A stretch of DNA of 64,000 bases from contig NW_019091356.1 of the NCBI RefSeq assembly GCF_001949145.1, positions 1,739,667-1,803,666 on the forward strand, in the 5' to 3' direction. The notes beneath the pieces are model-generated. The model worked only from the letters and a program-made list of their open reading frames with translations, made no database searches and was not told the DNA's origin. The stretch's first letter is position 1, and every line of letters begins with the position of its first letter. Below are positions 1 to 14,019 of the stretch, in pieces. A program made the translations under genes and the position numbers. Source of the DNA: Acanthaster planci. Lineage: Eukaryota.

Positions 1-3000
1 GTTTCACCCGGCAATGAGTGCGAGCCCACGGTCGGTGGATCCCGTTGCGCTGCCGTACTTCCGCGCCCTCTCGATCGGTGGATTAGGGACAGCAGGCTGC
101 TGGGTTTATGCCAGACCATTACTTTCTACTACACCAGCAACCAAAATATTGGACATGGAACCGGAGGGGACAAGATCATCAATGGATCCCTCGTGCGACT
201 GCCCATGCGAAATCGGTTCCAACCTCGTCTTCTGCCTTAATGCACTTACACAAACATTCATAAATGAAGGATTATTGACCAACAGGAACGGGGATTTCCT
301 GCAATTAAAAGAGAAACAAAAACAAAATCAGGTTCGCAGATTTGCGTCTGATCAGAGGCAGCACGGTGTGAATGGCAATTTACGTTTTCTTTTCATGATA
401 GTCTGATCGGCAACTGTGAGGCATTCACACGCCCATGCGTGGTTGGGGCGTCACGTCGTCAGTGAGTCGTGATATTGCAGATCCCCTGCGCCAAATAGAA
501 AAATCTAACAGCCCCCGGGCCCCCGGGCCCCCGCTCCAATTAAGGCATCGCTGGCCCACCACATGCTTCCTCGTTCAATCTGTGAGAAAACAGTGAAGGG
601 GAGACGCTCGGGGGGGGGGAGTTAAGGTTGGACACGCGTGCCGAGCCGAAGTGAGGCACTCAGTTCCCGACGCAGGGATAGCAAGCACGAGGAATTGGCC
701 CCAAGGGTGCGGTCGTGGGTCCCCCACTCTTAGCATACAAATTGCGCCTTAATTGGACGCGCACGTCTCGTTTTTTTCTCTGTTGTTTTTCCCTCAAAGT
801 GTCTCAAAGGACGCGACAGAATGTGTAAACGAGGTGGGCCGAGAACTGTCACCAGTTGTGGGTATAGTCTCGACTCCAACGTGAAGGCCAGTCTAGACAT
901 CACGATGCTTAAAGATGGTGTCAAGAGCTGTTATAATAAGGACTCACTCCAAGTGCCTGGGTCACTGAATGACCTGAACTACACCATTCTTTGAATCTGG
1001 AAACTATCGGGAAACGAATACAACCTGCCCACGATTTACAATCGCGGAGAGTTTCACTGTTTCGCTACACGTGTATAAGGTTTGATCTTAAAAGTTTTGC
1101 ACTTTTTCCAACAACACCTTCTTCATTTGAAAAGCGAAAATCCGGCGATAAAATTCTGTGTCAAAGTTGCGTGGTCGCGTCCACGCGCTTCACTCCCCTG
1201 ACGCCGAAGCGTCAGCAAAGAAACTTGAGAATTACATTCACCAAGGCTGCACAATCTGTAAGGGATTACTTCTTTCCGGATCATTCCTGCTCGAGGATGC
1301 CGCTGTACTTTTTTGGGAATCTCGCGGGACAAAGGAAAATGCACTTGTCCATCCATCCTGAAGAGCTATGCATATCCTCGAGAGTGAGCCAGGAGGGGTC
1401 AGTGTTCTCACGCGTAACTTGCTGCTCCAGGGCGGAAACATAAAAGAACCATCCGCCTTCAGAGGCGAAAATTTTCACCGCCGAGAGACCTGCATTGCCG
1501 GCGAGCTTTTAAAACAATTTCAGAACAAAACGGACCCACGCAAACGTGAAAGATGAAGTGGGAGGTAAAAATTGAATGGGGGAAAAATTCTCGAGGTGCA
1601 GCAAGAAGTCTCCGACATGACAAAAACAACGTTGGGTTCTTAGAAATACTTCTCGCGAGCGAACTTTACATAATTAACACCGCGAAGGGTGAAAGACCCA
1701 TCGTAGATCACGTGTAGGACGCCATATCACTGAATACGGCCGTATAAGTGTCCCTCGCGGTCACATCAACCGTTTAAGGACCACGTCGGCAGAAGACCCA
1801 TGATATTAGTGAGACGTTATTACACCGTCCAACATTATTATTTTTACAACATTACCAACAAGGCGTTTTGTGCTGGGCCAAACGCATGATCGACAAACCG
1901 ATCCCAGACATTAAAAAATATCGATTTCACTGCAGGCATGGTACATCATATAGGAATTATCTCACGGTAATATCTAGTCTTAAAATCGGCACGTATTCGT
2001 ACACGCTAATATCCCACGGGCATGGAATTAGTCGGGGGTGCCACGGCCCTGGGTTCCAAGCTTGAGCCATATGTATTCACAGAAATAAGCACGTTTATGG
2101 TCGTGGGATACAACAGCGAAATACAAAAGAGAATAATGCTCCAAGAAAGCCCACGCACATTTATTGGCCTTCCATCACGCATATACCGCCAAAAGCGTTC
2201 AATCTGTAAATGCCACTCGGTGGTTCCAGCATAGAACTGACATTTCGTGTCGTGACCAGGAGACTGTAGGGAATTATGAGCATAGTGGCGCCATCAGGAG
2301 CAATGTTACCGCTGATTACTTAATGTAGACATGTACGGCAACTTGGAGATAGACAACTATGATTAAAGCATGATCGTCCATTCCAATCCGAAGAAACCTG
2401 TACACAATAGGCATATTCCGACACTAGGGTCTGGTATCTATTCCACACTTTTTGAGATGAATGGACAAATCTCTTGCAAGTACCTTTACGGAGGAAACTT
2501 ACAATGTACAACTTGCAAATCAGAAACATTCGGGACAACGACTGTCTGTATTCAGTTATTCATAATCTGAATTATAATTTTCCCGCGCCCAATTCAGCAT
2601 GAAAAGCACAAAGGCTTTCCCTTCTGTAAGCGCGAGGGGAATGGATGTAGCTCTTTTACAAATCATCCGAAAGCGTGATTTATCCCATAGCCGGAAACTT
2701 GATATTGTATTTAAGTTGAAGTAGGCAGGTGTGGCCCTTTGCATTATAAATTCGATTTATGAACTGGACGTCTGAAAGTGAAGCTTTTAGTCAAGAAAGA
2801 GCCGGGTTATTTTTGGCCCATTTCATTGCTACCTCGATTTTTATGAAACTTGGCATACATGTAAAGACATTCCTTATCATTACAAAATGCGAACTTTGAA
2901 TTCAGTCAGACGTTTAGTTTTGTTGTTACGGTCATTTCCAGTTCAAGGCTACACGCGTGCCAGCCAGTGTGAATTGAGTACCGCACGGGGAAAAAAAATA

Positions 3001-3615
3001 CATTTTTGGCTGACCAGTCTAGGAAATGTGCGCGCTGCGCAAGAACAATTTGATGTTCGATTTTCGCCAAATTGGTGTGAATGACCGCAAAGACAGAGTT
3101 ACTCTAAAAAACTCCTAAAGGCTCAATCCTGAAAGAAAATGCACTGTGGAGACATCGGAAAAGCTGCTCTGCAGCTCTTTCAGGGTTACGGCACCCACTA
3201 TAACATCTCGGTATTATCGTTTGGGCTCGGTATTTTCCCGTAGCCCTCGGCCTGTATGGCGAGCGTGGCTTGCTGATGAAAAAAGGTTCAAGGAACTGGG
3301 GAGAAAAACGTACCGCTCAGCAAACTTTTGAGTTTATTCGGCAAAAAAAAAGGTAGAAACGATTGCAACCACCTTGGTAACTTCTTTTTGTTCTAAATCA
3401 CGTACTATTTTGGTCAGCAATTGCTGAGCGAGGGCATGGACCTCGGTCACTACCTCTTATTTCTCTGGACTTGCTACTGTTGATTTTGTGCTGGCTTTGC
3501 TATAATCGAGAGCCGAAGATCGAGGAAAAGCCCAAACTTTATGGGTCCGAGAAGTAAGAGAGGGGTACAGTTATCAGAGGCACAGGGAACTGAAGAAATA
3601 GGGTGGTAAATAAAG

Positions 3616-3676
3616 CAACCGATCCGACAACCCACCTCTACTTATAAGTGAGGCATGTGCAGCAAAATAGCCTGCA
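3616..3676. mobile_element. Partial copy (one end) of the MITE at 15799-16074
   Basis: caaccgatccgacaacccacctctacttataagtgaggcatgtgcagcaaaatagcctgca matches 15799-15862. Confidence 0.7.
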
Positions 3677-4090
3677 TAGTGAAACTGGTGGACGTTTACT
3701 GTAGACATTACTGCAAGGGGATCAGTCACAGCGCGGCTTTCATTGTATACGATTGTGACAGATTGTGATTGTGTGTGATTGACTGTGGTTGTTTGTGATC
3801 GATTGTTGCGCTCGTGCTCGTTATGGTACCATCAATGGCGTCATTGTCGTTTTATTTGTAACCTTGTTACAAGATTTGTACGAATTGGCGTCTGAATAAA
3901 AGATCACAACTTAGTTGACTACAGTTGTCCAGTGTGTGAAGCTTTCCTTGTACCCTTAACACCCCGCAGCCGTCGTTGTCGTAGAAGAATGATTAGGCCT
4001 ACTGGTGTTCAGTACTTGTACCTGATGTGAAGATGGATTTTCAATGTGTGTCGAAATAGGTACACTTTTAAAGAGAATTCTGACCTGTTT

Positions 4091-4410
4091 TGAACAAAGT
4101 TTGAGTACCTCACAGTGTTAACATAACACCGTGTGGTATCTCTCTTGTTCTCATCGTCCAAAAGGATGCTATAAAGTGCTCAATTATCACTACGTTTGAT
4201 CTATGTTTTACCTGTTAACAAGAAATATTTTCCATCAATGCGGAAACAGATACACGTTGGGATATGATTTCTGCTCTGAACAAATAGTCAAATGGAGTAC
4301 CACATTGTGTTAATACAACACGGTGTGGTATCTGCATTGAACTCAGATCATCGTCCAAGAGGATGCTACAAAGTGTTCGTTTACCATGATGTTTTATCTA
4401 TATTGCACTG
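4091..4410 (+). repeat. Two diverged direct repeats, ~190-bp period
   Basis: tgaacaaa...gagtacc...gtgttaa...gtgtggtatct...tcatcgtccaa.aggatgcta.aaagtg.tc at ~4091 and ~4277. Confidence 0.7.
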
Positions 4411-6218
4411 ATATCGTCACTTTAGACACCCCGTGGTGTTATAACGCCTAATGTCCTGATACCGCTGACACAGTAGTTCTGAAATAGCTGAGAACGACCT
4501 TGTACCTCATACCATTCCCCCCCCCCATGTAGGATTTTACGGGCAAATTTTCTTTTAATTCCTCAAAACTATTAACCTCGATCCTTATAATTGAGTGAAG
4601 TACAATTTTGACCAGAAAATGGAACTGAACTAATGTTATTCATATTTGAGTTTCTTTGTACTAGAGCCCCCTAAACAATGATGAAGTCAGCCATGTTTAA
4701 AACCACAGCTGTTATTATAGGGAAGGCAGCGTTTATTGATTTTTAGCTTGCATAACGCTACTTAACCTTGGGTAAAACAAACTTCAATTACCAGAAGCAC
4801 AGCACGGATAATGGGAAAGAAGTGGGAATGGTTCATGACAGACTCTACCAAAATATGTGAGGTTATCGTTAGTAATTACGAGAGGAACGGCCTCCGCACG
4901 AGAAGAAATCGTTACATCCACGAATTCAGAGAGAAAACAGAGCGGTTATTTCTCATTTTATTGGAAAAAGTCATCAATGTTATAGTGGTGTTGAGAAAAC
5001 CTACAGATCCGGAATTATTCCAGCTCCGTATTGATTTAACCAAATCGCATTTGCCTGCGAGTCACGATGCCTATATGACGGCGGGCAAACAAACGGCAAT
5101 CTGGCGCTTGGCTAGGCGCTCAATGTTCCACAAACAGTATCAATCACCCCATGTTGGAATGGAGTCCCATTTGGGACCGATCCCACGTCAGCTCTTCAAG
5201 TAAACCACGCGCTTGTAAATGGGCTTTAAGTCGGCGGACGACACTCTGAGCCGTTCAGCCGCTGAAGTGGCAATTTGGTGGCTGCTGTCTTCCTTGTGTT
5301 TTTTTTACTTGGCCGTGGCGGGGAAGACAGAAGCGTGAGTTTGATTGAAATGTTCCGAGGGTCCCCGTCTCGAGGCCCCCGTGACGGGAGTATTTGCACT
5401 AGGCCTTGCTAGCGACTCAGGGGGTTGTTTGTAGTAATTTCACGGGCAATCATCATCTTGATTGTTTTTGGCTTGTGAATGAGGGCTTCTCTGTCTTAAT
5501 TACACAATCAATTTTCGGATGAAGGAGCTGTCACTTTCCCTGGCACCGCCTACTCTGGAAACAACCTCCTGGGGAGGACGCCTTGAGCACTCTTCGCAGA
5601 CTTAACAATACACGCTCTTCCCTTCGCCATCAAGTGGCATTTTTCCACTTTATCGAGAAAAATTAGTGAACTAGCAAGCCACACTTCCAAATGATTTCAA
5701 GATAGATCACGGAGCTATGGTGACTTTTCCCCCACGACTCCCTCGCATCGACAGCGTGCAAAAGGGCAACTGAAGGAATGAAGGACAGTTATGGGACCAC
5801 GAGAGAGTGCAATTTTCCCAGCAACGGAGGCTCCCGTGGGGGGAACTGCACTTCGGTGGTTCACACCAAACGGCAATGCCATGCATCCGTTACGGTCGCG
5901 TGGCTACCAGCAAAATAAACATTCCCACCATGGCTTTTTGCAACCGTTGAGGGGGTGCTTCTGCTCAAGGCGGGTAGCAGTATTGTCACTATTGTGGACA
6001 CTGCTGTTCGAAGCTCACACCAGTTTCCCATGTATTCAACTGTCTCAGATATCAAAGTGAAATCTTTCAATACAATGTAGGGCGCCCTCCTTTGCATGGG
6101 TGAAAAGTCAAAACTGCAAAGAATGGAACCAAACGCGTCCTTGACAAGCTCTTGCCGTTGCGTCTTCCCGGTGCGTGATAAAGGTGGAGCCCTCCTGTAT
6201 CCGCCAAGGATAGCATGA

Positions 6219-6498
6219 CAGGGGCGGATCCGGGGGGCGTAGGGGGCACACGCCCCCCCCTCTTTTGCTTTCCCAAAAATAAATAAATAAATAAAACGAA
6301 AAGGAGAAAATGAGAGGGAGAAGAAAAAGGAGAAGCCATATTGCTTGAAATTGCGCGACTGAGCGCCCAGAATCCAATTCAGTCCTAGAATCTCTTAAGC
6401 GGGGCCCGGACCCCATGCCGCAAGGGTTTCGTGAGACGTGCTCGTGGGCATTGTACCATAGCTACCGCCCCCTTTTGAAAATCCTGAATTCGCCCATG
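6219..6498. mobile_element. MITE-like element with imperfect CAGGGGCGGATCC-type termini
   Basis: caggggcggatccgg at left; gaattcgcccatg at right (reverse complement catgggcgaattcagg); GC-rich ends; no clear TSD. Confidence 0.5.
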
Positions 6499-7964
6499 TT
6501 TGACGCACATCTCGCCAATGGGTTTGGCGGCTTCAGGTAACTGACAACCCGTCTCCGAATCGCCGGACGCCGAACACTATCTACCGTCATAATACCAACC
6601 CTTCCTGACATGCCTTCCGACATTCGATGCCAAACACAGTGGCAGTGCGCCCGCACGACCATCTACTCTACTCGGCATGGAACAGGATCGTTTGGATATT
6701 CAAAAATTTTGGATACGTATGTCGATGGGGAATAGTCTGGTTCCTGACCGTGCTTGTTACAGCATGTGATGTCTGGTATTAGAATAGTCAATTCTTCACT
6801 TCAAGGGTCAGATCTACGAACAGCACTGCCATGCTATACTCGGGAAAGTTGTCCAAAATAAGCAGGTACGTAAGTATATGTATCCGGGAGCGCAATTTCT
6901 TAAGATAAAAAGTTACAACCGCAAATAACCAATTGCAATATCACACTTTTTCTAATATTATTCAGAATGAAGAAGACAGGAGTGTTTTAGAGAGAGAATG
7001 GATGTAATAATTCACGGCAAACATAAAAACGGTAACAGACGTTGAAATTATAAACAATAAATAGGTCTACACGAGATAAATAGTTTAATTGCTATTGCTA
7101 CATTGAGGAGGAGGCGTAAGGAAAGTTATCTTTCCCGGACTTACTATTAAGCGCCAAGCTGGAAATAAAGTGATCTCTGGGGGACAAGGTTGTGCCAAAG
7201 AAGCATTAGGGGGGCACTCCTAAAAATAGATTCTCATAAACACCAATGATAAATCTTTATATTGCAAAATTATTTTTAGAATACAACTCTCAAAGGTGTC
7301 CAGGCTGGTCAGAAAAATTATGTTCCTCTTTCCTTTTCCTTTCAATATTTAGTGGGTTGACCGATGAATTTTTGCAAAATTCTCACCCAAAGCAAACACC
7401 CTAAAACGAAAGAAATTACACTGCCCGGAAAGATTGCCATTTTGAAAAGCATCCCTCTGCAAAACGACTAAATAGTACCACTTTCGGATCCGACTGCATC
7501 CAAATTGCTCAGAATTGGAAGCCCAGAGTCCGGGCCAGAGTTTCAGAGCCACATTTCTTCAATTACCCATTTCCATGACTCTCGGGAATCTCTAATATAG
7601 AATATTTTGAGTGTATAATTGTTATTAATGAGCTCGGCGGACATATTTTTCGCCTATTTGCTTGGGTGCACCCTTAGATGTGGCGTCAGTGCTACAAATT
7701 TGCGTCGAAGGGGAATTGCTGAAAGGGGCTGGACACTTGAGGGCGCACTACAAATTCTTCAAAGACAATGCCGGTGCCATCTGCCGATTAGCGTACAAGC
7801 TATTTGCTTTGTATTAAAAATTACGGTAGCATGTTTATTTTTAGCCCGGGTACGGTCCCATTAACAATCCCTGAGCAAAATACTAAGGGGGGGGGGGGGT
7901 TAAATCCCTATCCTAGGGGATTTACGCCCGTCCTTGACGTCATCAGAGCAGTGCGTTCCTTACC

Positions 7965-8340
7965 CGACAAAACGTCTCAAGGGGGAAACTTCTTTGTGTG
8001 GCCCTTAAGCGACACTGGATTCTTGCCACTGAGGATCCTGTCCCTTTTTCTTTCCATCAGCCGGCGTTCATACCCATCGAGTGCCTGTCACTTTACTCGA
8101 CAGGCCATGCTTTTAGTTCTCTGAAGCAGAAGTGAATAGACCAAGGTGGGAGACTGTCGGTGCCGGCAAGGACGTTATTGGGACGCATCGTCAGCGGTGA
8201 TCGGTGTAGAGGTTACAGTGAAGCAGTCAAAACAATAAAATCGGAATCAGAATGAAATCGACTAAAATCGACCACTGATGTCCCAGAGCCGGTACCAAGA
8301 TGTACACTGAGATACACTGGTATGTCTGCAAGAAGGCACC
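7965..8340 (-). pseudogene. Possible very old relic of the Ig-receptor family
   Basis: Short colinear minus-strand matches: QCISVY (cf. HQCLSV, HVLSVY), TPITADDASQ* (cf. SPLMTSDKASQV) and PLRRFV (cf. PTLRRFV). Short and by eye only. Confidence 0.3.
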
Positions 8341-9920
8341 ATAGCCACGAGCACAGTGTGTCCCACAACCTTCACACCAGATCCTATACCAAACGGGATT
8401 CTTAAACTGGCAACAGAGCCAACCCCACCCAAAATACATGCCTGCGTTGACCCAAAATAAAGCTGAATTTTAAATGTATCCCAGAAACACCACGCAGGCT
8501 ACATTGATTGATACTTTCCTGTTTTGAAAAGAATTCATGCAGTCATTTTACCCCGCTTTCTTTATTGACGGGAGGGGAGCCCTTTGAATTTATTATTTCC
8601 CTTCAACTCATGACATAGGGCGCTGAATAGTCAGACTGATAGTTCTCGTGGGTCAGGACGTGTTCAAGTATGAATTACACTGGAACTTTTGTAAGTTCTA
8701 CTCCTTTCTGCTTTCAAAGATGCGTTCCCTAGCATTGTTCTAACACAGCTGATACTCACTGGATACGCCACTCACTACTCGGCCTGGCCAAGGTCACATT
8801 ATCCAAACATATTTATTATCACAAAATTCACTTCGAAATGTAGAAAATAAAGAAAGTATAGATGGTCAGCGCATTATCAAAGGAACTTATCCTCTGTGCA
8901 GACGGGCATAGAGTCATTGTGGACGCAAGCACAAGGGAAAAAACCAATAGATTTCTTGCTGGTTATATTGTAATTAATTTCTGTCTCTCCTGCTCGCAGT
9001 TTCCTGTATAAATACTACACGATGTCCGAAACACTGCTATGTAACACCGTTAAAAGCCCTCATCAAGCATTACTACCGTCTGTCAACATCTCATTAACAA
9101 GAGAATGAATGCACATTGAAAGACCAACAAGAGATGTGAACCCTTATGACCGTTTGCCCATCAGTCGATCATAATATTAACATAAGCTTTGACATCACCA
9201 TTCAAAGGCGTCAATACCACAGATGACAGTGCGTGTTTGCTTTTAATAAGAATTTTGCTTGAGATGTGCCAGTACGTCTAAGCGATTTTGATCCGCACTG
9301 TCGCCTCAGGAATGATCAAAATGTGAAGGATAAATGTTGAGAAAGCATAAACATATACAAGCATAAAGTGTAGCTGTAAATGACTTTTCTTAGACACATT
9401 TTTTGCAGCAACTTTACACATTGCTTCAATGTACAAAAATATCTGACATCCCAATTAAGTTAAATGCACTGAAAATTGCAGATTTTGTTTTTGCGTTGAA
9501 CCTACATGTAAAAGTTGGGGCTACTGCTATATTCGAACCAGCTTCAATAATTAATACAAAATACAGTTAAGATCCGGTCATTTATTTCATTCACAAAACA
9601 AGAACTTACTAAGGTCATCAAAGTTCAGAGGTTTGGGCAGGCCCACAGTGGTGGGGACAAACGGGGGAGTGTACTGTTCGTATTCTATGCTCATCTGTAC
9701 AAAATCCTTTGAAGAATGGGAAATGTCACCACGCACATTTTAATCTTGAAGAACGTCTGATTAGCTGAATCCATTTCTCCTAATTCTTATGGCGGTCGAC
9801 CGAGGCCAGACGTCGAACCAATGGGAAGAGAGTAAAAGGAGCAAAAACATATGCCGTTCGAGGTGAGTACACAAGGAAGACGTCTGAGGGCCAATGTTCC
9901 CAGTACTGAAGTAATCAGAT

Positions 9921-10685
9921 TTAATTAGATGTAATCTGTTTACCTAAGACAGAGAGTATCGGCATGTTATTCGGCAACGTGTACACATCATCTTCAACTT
10001 TGTACCGCAGCGGGCTGAGATCTAAGCTACAATCTTCGGCAAGTTCCCCAGAAGAGTTGGTGTGGCCAAATCCACCCTTCCTCGAGAGGGTGTACAGGTC
10101 TTCCCCGACTTGGTATCGCTCCAGATTTCCATCTCGACAAGCCCCAACACTCTGCCCGCCATGAGCGAGGTCTTCAGAAGCACACGGGTCATTGCCGAAC
10201 CTCCCTCCCTTGGGGACTGTGTACAGCTTGTCGCCGACCTCTATCCGTGTGAGCTTTTCATCCGGTCGCCCTCTTGTGTGCGGTCTTCCCTCGGGATCTC
10301 GAGGGGAGCACGCGGGGTGTCCACGAGTCTTACGCAGGTGTTTTTCATGCAGGGCATAAAGTACTCCATTGACACGCATGTGGGCGGGGCGCAAGCGATG
10401 TTGAGAAGCCGCCCCTCCCCTTTGCGACGTGCTCCTATTTCTGGGTTCGGCTGTTCGAGAACTGAGCATCTCAATAAATCTTGCTGGGAAAAAGGCAGAC
10501 GCTCGTGGAGTGGAGGCACTGCGTTTTCTGCGCAGGTAGCAGGCGATGCCAACGGTGATGACTACAAGGGACAGCAAACCAAAGAGACAGCCGATGGCCA
10601 CGCCCGCCTCTGAAGTCCCGCGCTCAACCGTAGTCGATGTTTGAATCGTGGTGGTTGAGAAGGATAAATTGGAAACATTCTGCAT
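9921..10685 (-). CDS. Single-pass membrane protein with a very short ectodomain and four cytoplasmic tyrosine modules (transmembrane-adaptor-like; tail homologous to the neighbouring Ig receptors), ~254 aa
   Basis: First ATG at 10685 (the ORF track starts at a GTG). ~27 aa S/T-rich N-terminus with NVS/NLS sequons, hydrophobic GVAIGCLFGLLSLVVITVGIACYL, basic RRKR, then VNGVLYAL, VGDKLYTVP, VGEDLYTLS and VEDDVYTLP. An upstream spliced exon cannot be excluded. Confidence 0.75.
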   Translation of the reverse strand: MQNVSNLSFSTTTIQTSTTVERGTSEAGVAIGCLFGLLSLVVITVGIACYLRRKRSASTPRASAFFPARFIEMLSSRTAEPRNRSTSQRGGAASQHRLRPAHMRVNGVLYALHEKHLRKTRGHPACSPRDPEGRPHTRGRPDEKLTRIEVGDKLYTVPKGGRFGNDPCASEDLAHGGQSVGACRDGNLERYQVGEDLYTLSRKGGFGHTNSSGELAEDCSLDLSPLRYKVEDDVYTLPNNMPILSVLGKQITSN

Positions 10686-13600
10686 GGCCCCAGTACGATT
10701 ACGCGGTACTGCATGCACTGCCGATTACCCGGTTTGGTACTAAAATATGAAAATCAACTTCGGTATTTAAGCAAAGCGCTGAGTACTAAGGTGATCGTCT
10801 GTTATGATGTAGACAGTGATATAGTCGGTCAACAATTTTTTTCCACAGAAAGTTCGATGCTACTATCAGTGGCGAAGCATATGCAAAGAATTTCAGAAAA
10901 ATCACGCCACAAATCAAGATACTAAATGTAGAACAATGAAGTTCAGGCGTATTGTATCAAATACATATACATATATATATATAATACAATACTTCCCGCT
11001 TCAATGTTAAACTAGTACTAAACCCAACACTTTTTATTGAAATACATGCTGCTATGTAAACAAAATATCATATTAGAATAATACATGTTGAACGCTGTGG
11101 CATTTCCTCGTATACGTTATGTAGATAAGGGAAGTTGGTAGTCAGAAAAACATATTTAGCACGCACTCGAAAGCAAAAGAAAAGAGTAATCAAAGCATAC
11201 TCTCTCAAACAATAACAAAGGCTCTAACTGACACCCGGGCTTGTTTCCTTTTGCTAAGCTCCGGAGGCCGGCGACGGATAGAAGAACATAAGAAAAACTG
11301 CCTCATGTGGTTATATTAATACAGATAAATGTCGAGATATGGTCGAACGGGGGATGCACAGGGACGAACCTGGCAATTAAAATAAATCGCGCTTGTTGAT
11401 GAATGACAAGGACACTTTCGCAGTAACTGCGTCAAGAACCACAAACGGACATGTTACATGTGCTAATACTTATTTCACGTGTTAAAAATGCTTCACAATT
11501 CATCACTGACACCCCAGTCATATACATGTATGTAACGCCGTTAGGGGCGCTGGTGTCCGATGTCATAAAGAAAACCAAAATAGTTTATGGGAAAACTCTC
11601 ACAAAATTTACATTGATAATAAGCATTCATAAACACACCTATAGGAGTCATTATAAAGAGAAATATACACAGATTTGCAAACCTGAACTTCAGTTTTTTT
11701 ATTCATATGACGACTGACTCCTCCATTACGGTTACCATGACAGTACATGTATATAGCTATATACATGTATATAGCTCTTTAAAAATGCCAGATACTGTAT
11801 TTTACACTGGTTGCTATGTCGCTCATAAACGGAGCTGTTTTATCCAGCGATTATCAAGTTTAATTGAGCACATTCGCAGAAAAAAACCATGAAGTACACG
11901 CTCTCCCTGCAGATGTCACAAAAATTATAGTTTACCATATGGTGTGTGGTGATCGGCTACGAATGTCCACTTTGGGTAATAATGATCATGATGACGTGTA
12001 CGGGATTAGTGTACATAATCGCTGAGTACATATACTGCAAACTGGCCCTGTGCTGTTTCGGAGCTTAAGAATGGGACTAAATCAGAACAGTCAACAGAGA
12101 GTTCAACTTCGACAGAATGTAAATACTTCAAAATTCTTGTTTGGCATGCTGATAAAACTATGATGTTAAAATTGCAAGGTGTGAAATAAACACTATTGTT
12201 ATGCATAGTTATGACTAACAAAGGACCGGGTGTTGTCTTGTCAGCTTAGCGTATCAAAGGTGTTTGATCCACACCACGGTTTTACAGAGCATGCTCATTA
12301 TGAAACAATATACTCTAAAGACATCAGTTTACCTCCAATACAAGATCATTAACAGTTACAGAGAAAGTACATGAAAGTTAATTCTTTTGTGTTAGGTTGG
12401 ACACATATCGTCTTCCGGTGTAACAGTCTCATCCATCGGCCAAGCTCAAATCTCGGAATCTTAGCCGAACGCTCCAAACTTGGCCCGAACGTAGACGCAG
12501 TAAATGCCCTATTTATGTTCTCTAAAGGGGCGTGCCAAAAAGTTTCGCATCATATCATGGACACGTCGCTATAGACGTCCCTGTGTGTGTACAGGTGGCT
12601 TTCGCGGAAATTTCGTTGGGAATGAAAGCGCGTGCTCCTCACTACGACAAATCTGTCGACGTCAAAGTAATTTGGCATTAATACATGTTAAGTGCATTCA
12701 CAGGAAATATGACAATACCCCCCCCCGTGCGTCACTGATGTGTAGAAAATCTGGATCAACCCTTCCCCGGTCTTCATGTCTCTTCAGTATTAATCCAAGC
12801 CTGATTTAGACTTTGGGGAAACAGCAGACCTGTCATAGGATCGCGAATGAGTCAGGAAGCCAACCCCTGACAGACCCTTAAAACAACCATAAACGTCAGC
12901 TGCTAACCAGCGCGCAGCGTACGTGCGTAAGATTGGACAGATCAACTAGCCGGCCGGGAAAATGAGCGCGTTGCGGCACCGTGTATACTGTCATCCGGTA
13001 CGTTCTTCCGGAGTTCCAAACACACCGGATGAGTGAGACTGTGATACCGAATATGCACGTATGGATGCCACGTTATCAATTGCACGAAATTCGGGGAAGC
13101 CAACATAGTAACGTATGTTTATGGTGCTCATTACCAAAGTGCGCGTAAGCAAATTTTGCACTTAACAGCACAACACCAGGATATGTCTGGTTTCGCGCGC
13201 TCTAGAAGAAGAAGACTGTCTTAATCGACATGCAGGCAAAATTGGAAATCCGCTGGATAAAGCATTTTGTAGAATAACTTTGACTTTTGAACAAATTGTT
13301 TGCGTCAAATCTTGTAAATCCAGACATTCTGTAATGGAAAAATCCGTCATATATCTAATTTAAATTATTTTATGTCCCAATAAAACTTAATTCTTAGAGT
13401 CAGGAGTTATCGCTTCGTCGTGCTTTTGACAAAAAAGAGGATACCCTCGTAGCATGCTCTTGTAACTTAAGGGCAGACTTTTGAGTAATTCTTGCAGCAG
13501 CGAATCACGGGTCAAATGCAGTCGTGTATGCGTGTTTATGTGTACGTGTACGTGTGACATGCACATGTACATGTTCATGCTCATGTACTGAGGCGGACGC

Positions 13601-14019
13601 CACGACTTTGACGTCAGGTTACCGCACTGGTCAGTGTCCAATAGGAAATGTCTCTAATCTAACGATTCTACCTTATGAAATGGTGTCCGTTACTGACGAA
13701 ATCGGAACAATCTAATAGAAAATCGTCATTCTACTCTTGAATATACCATTTTGGTAATAAAATGGACACAAAAAGGCTTGAACGATACGAATTTGGGGTG
13801 ATTGACCTAATTATTAAAAGTTTTATCTGGCGGATTCAAAATAAACGCGTGAAATCAATGCGTTAAAGGTGAATCTTTAATTTGATGCTAGATTTTATGA
13901 GAAATTAATTGATGAAGTTAGTGCAAACTTTGCAATTTCGATTTTTTTTTCGTTAGAAAAGGGTTTGTATTAAATCCACTTTTCATGCTGTTGAGATCTA
14001 CCGTTACTTAAAGATCTTA

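Noticed and set aside
3700..3923. Solo-LTR candidate (TGTAG...AATAAA...CTACA)
   Set aside because: No target-site duplication and no PBS, PPT or internal sequence seen.
991..5203. ORFs 991-1443 and 4811-5203
   Set aside because: No recognisable domain or supported splice structure; probably chance ORFs.
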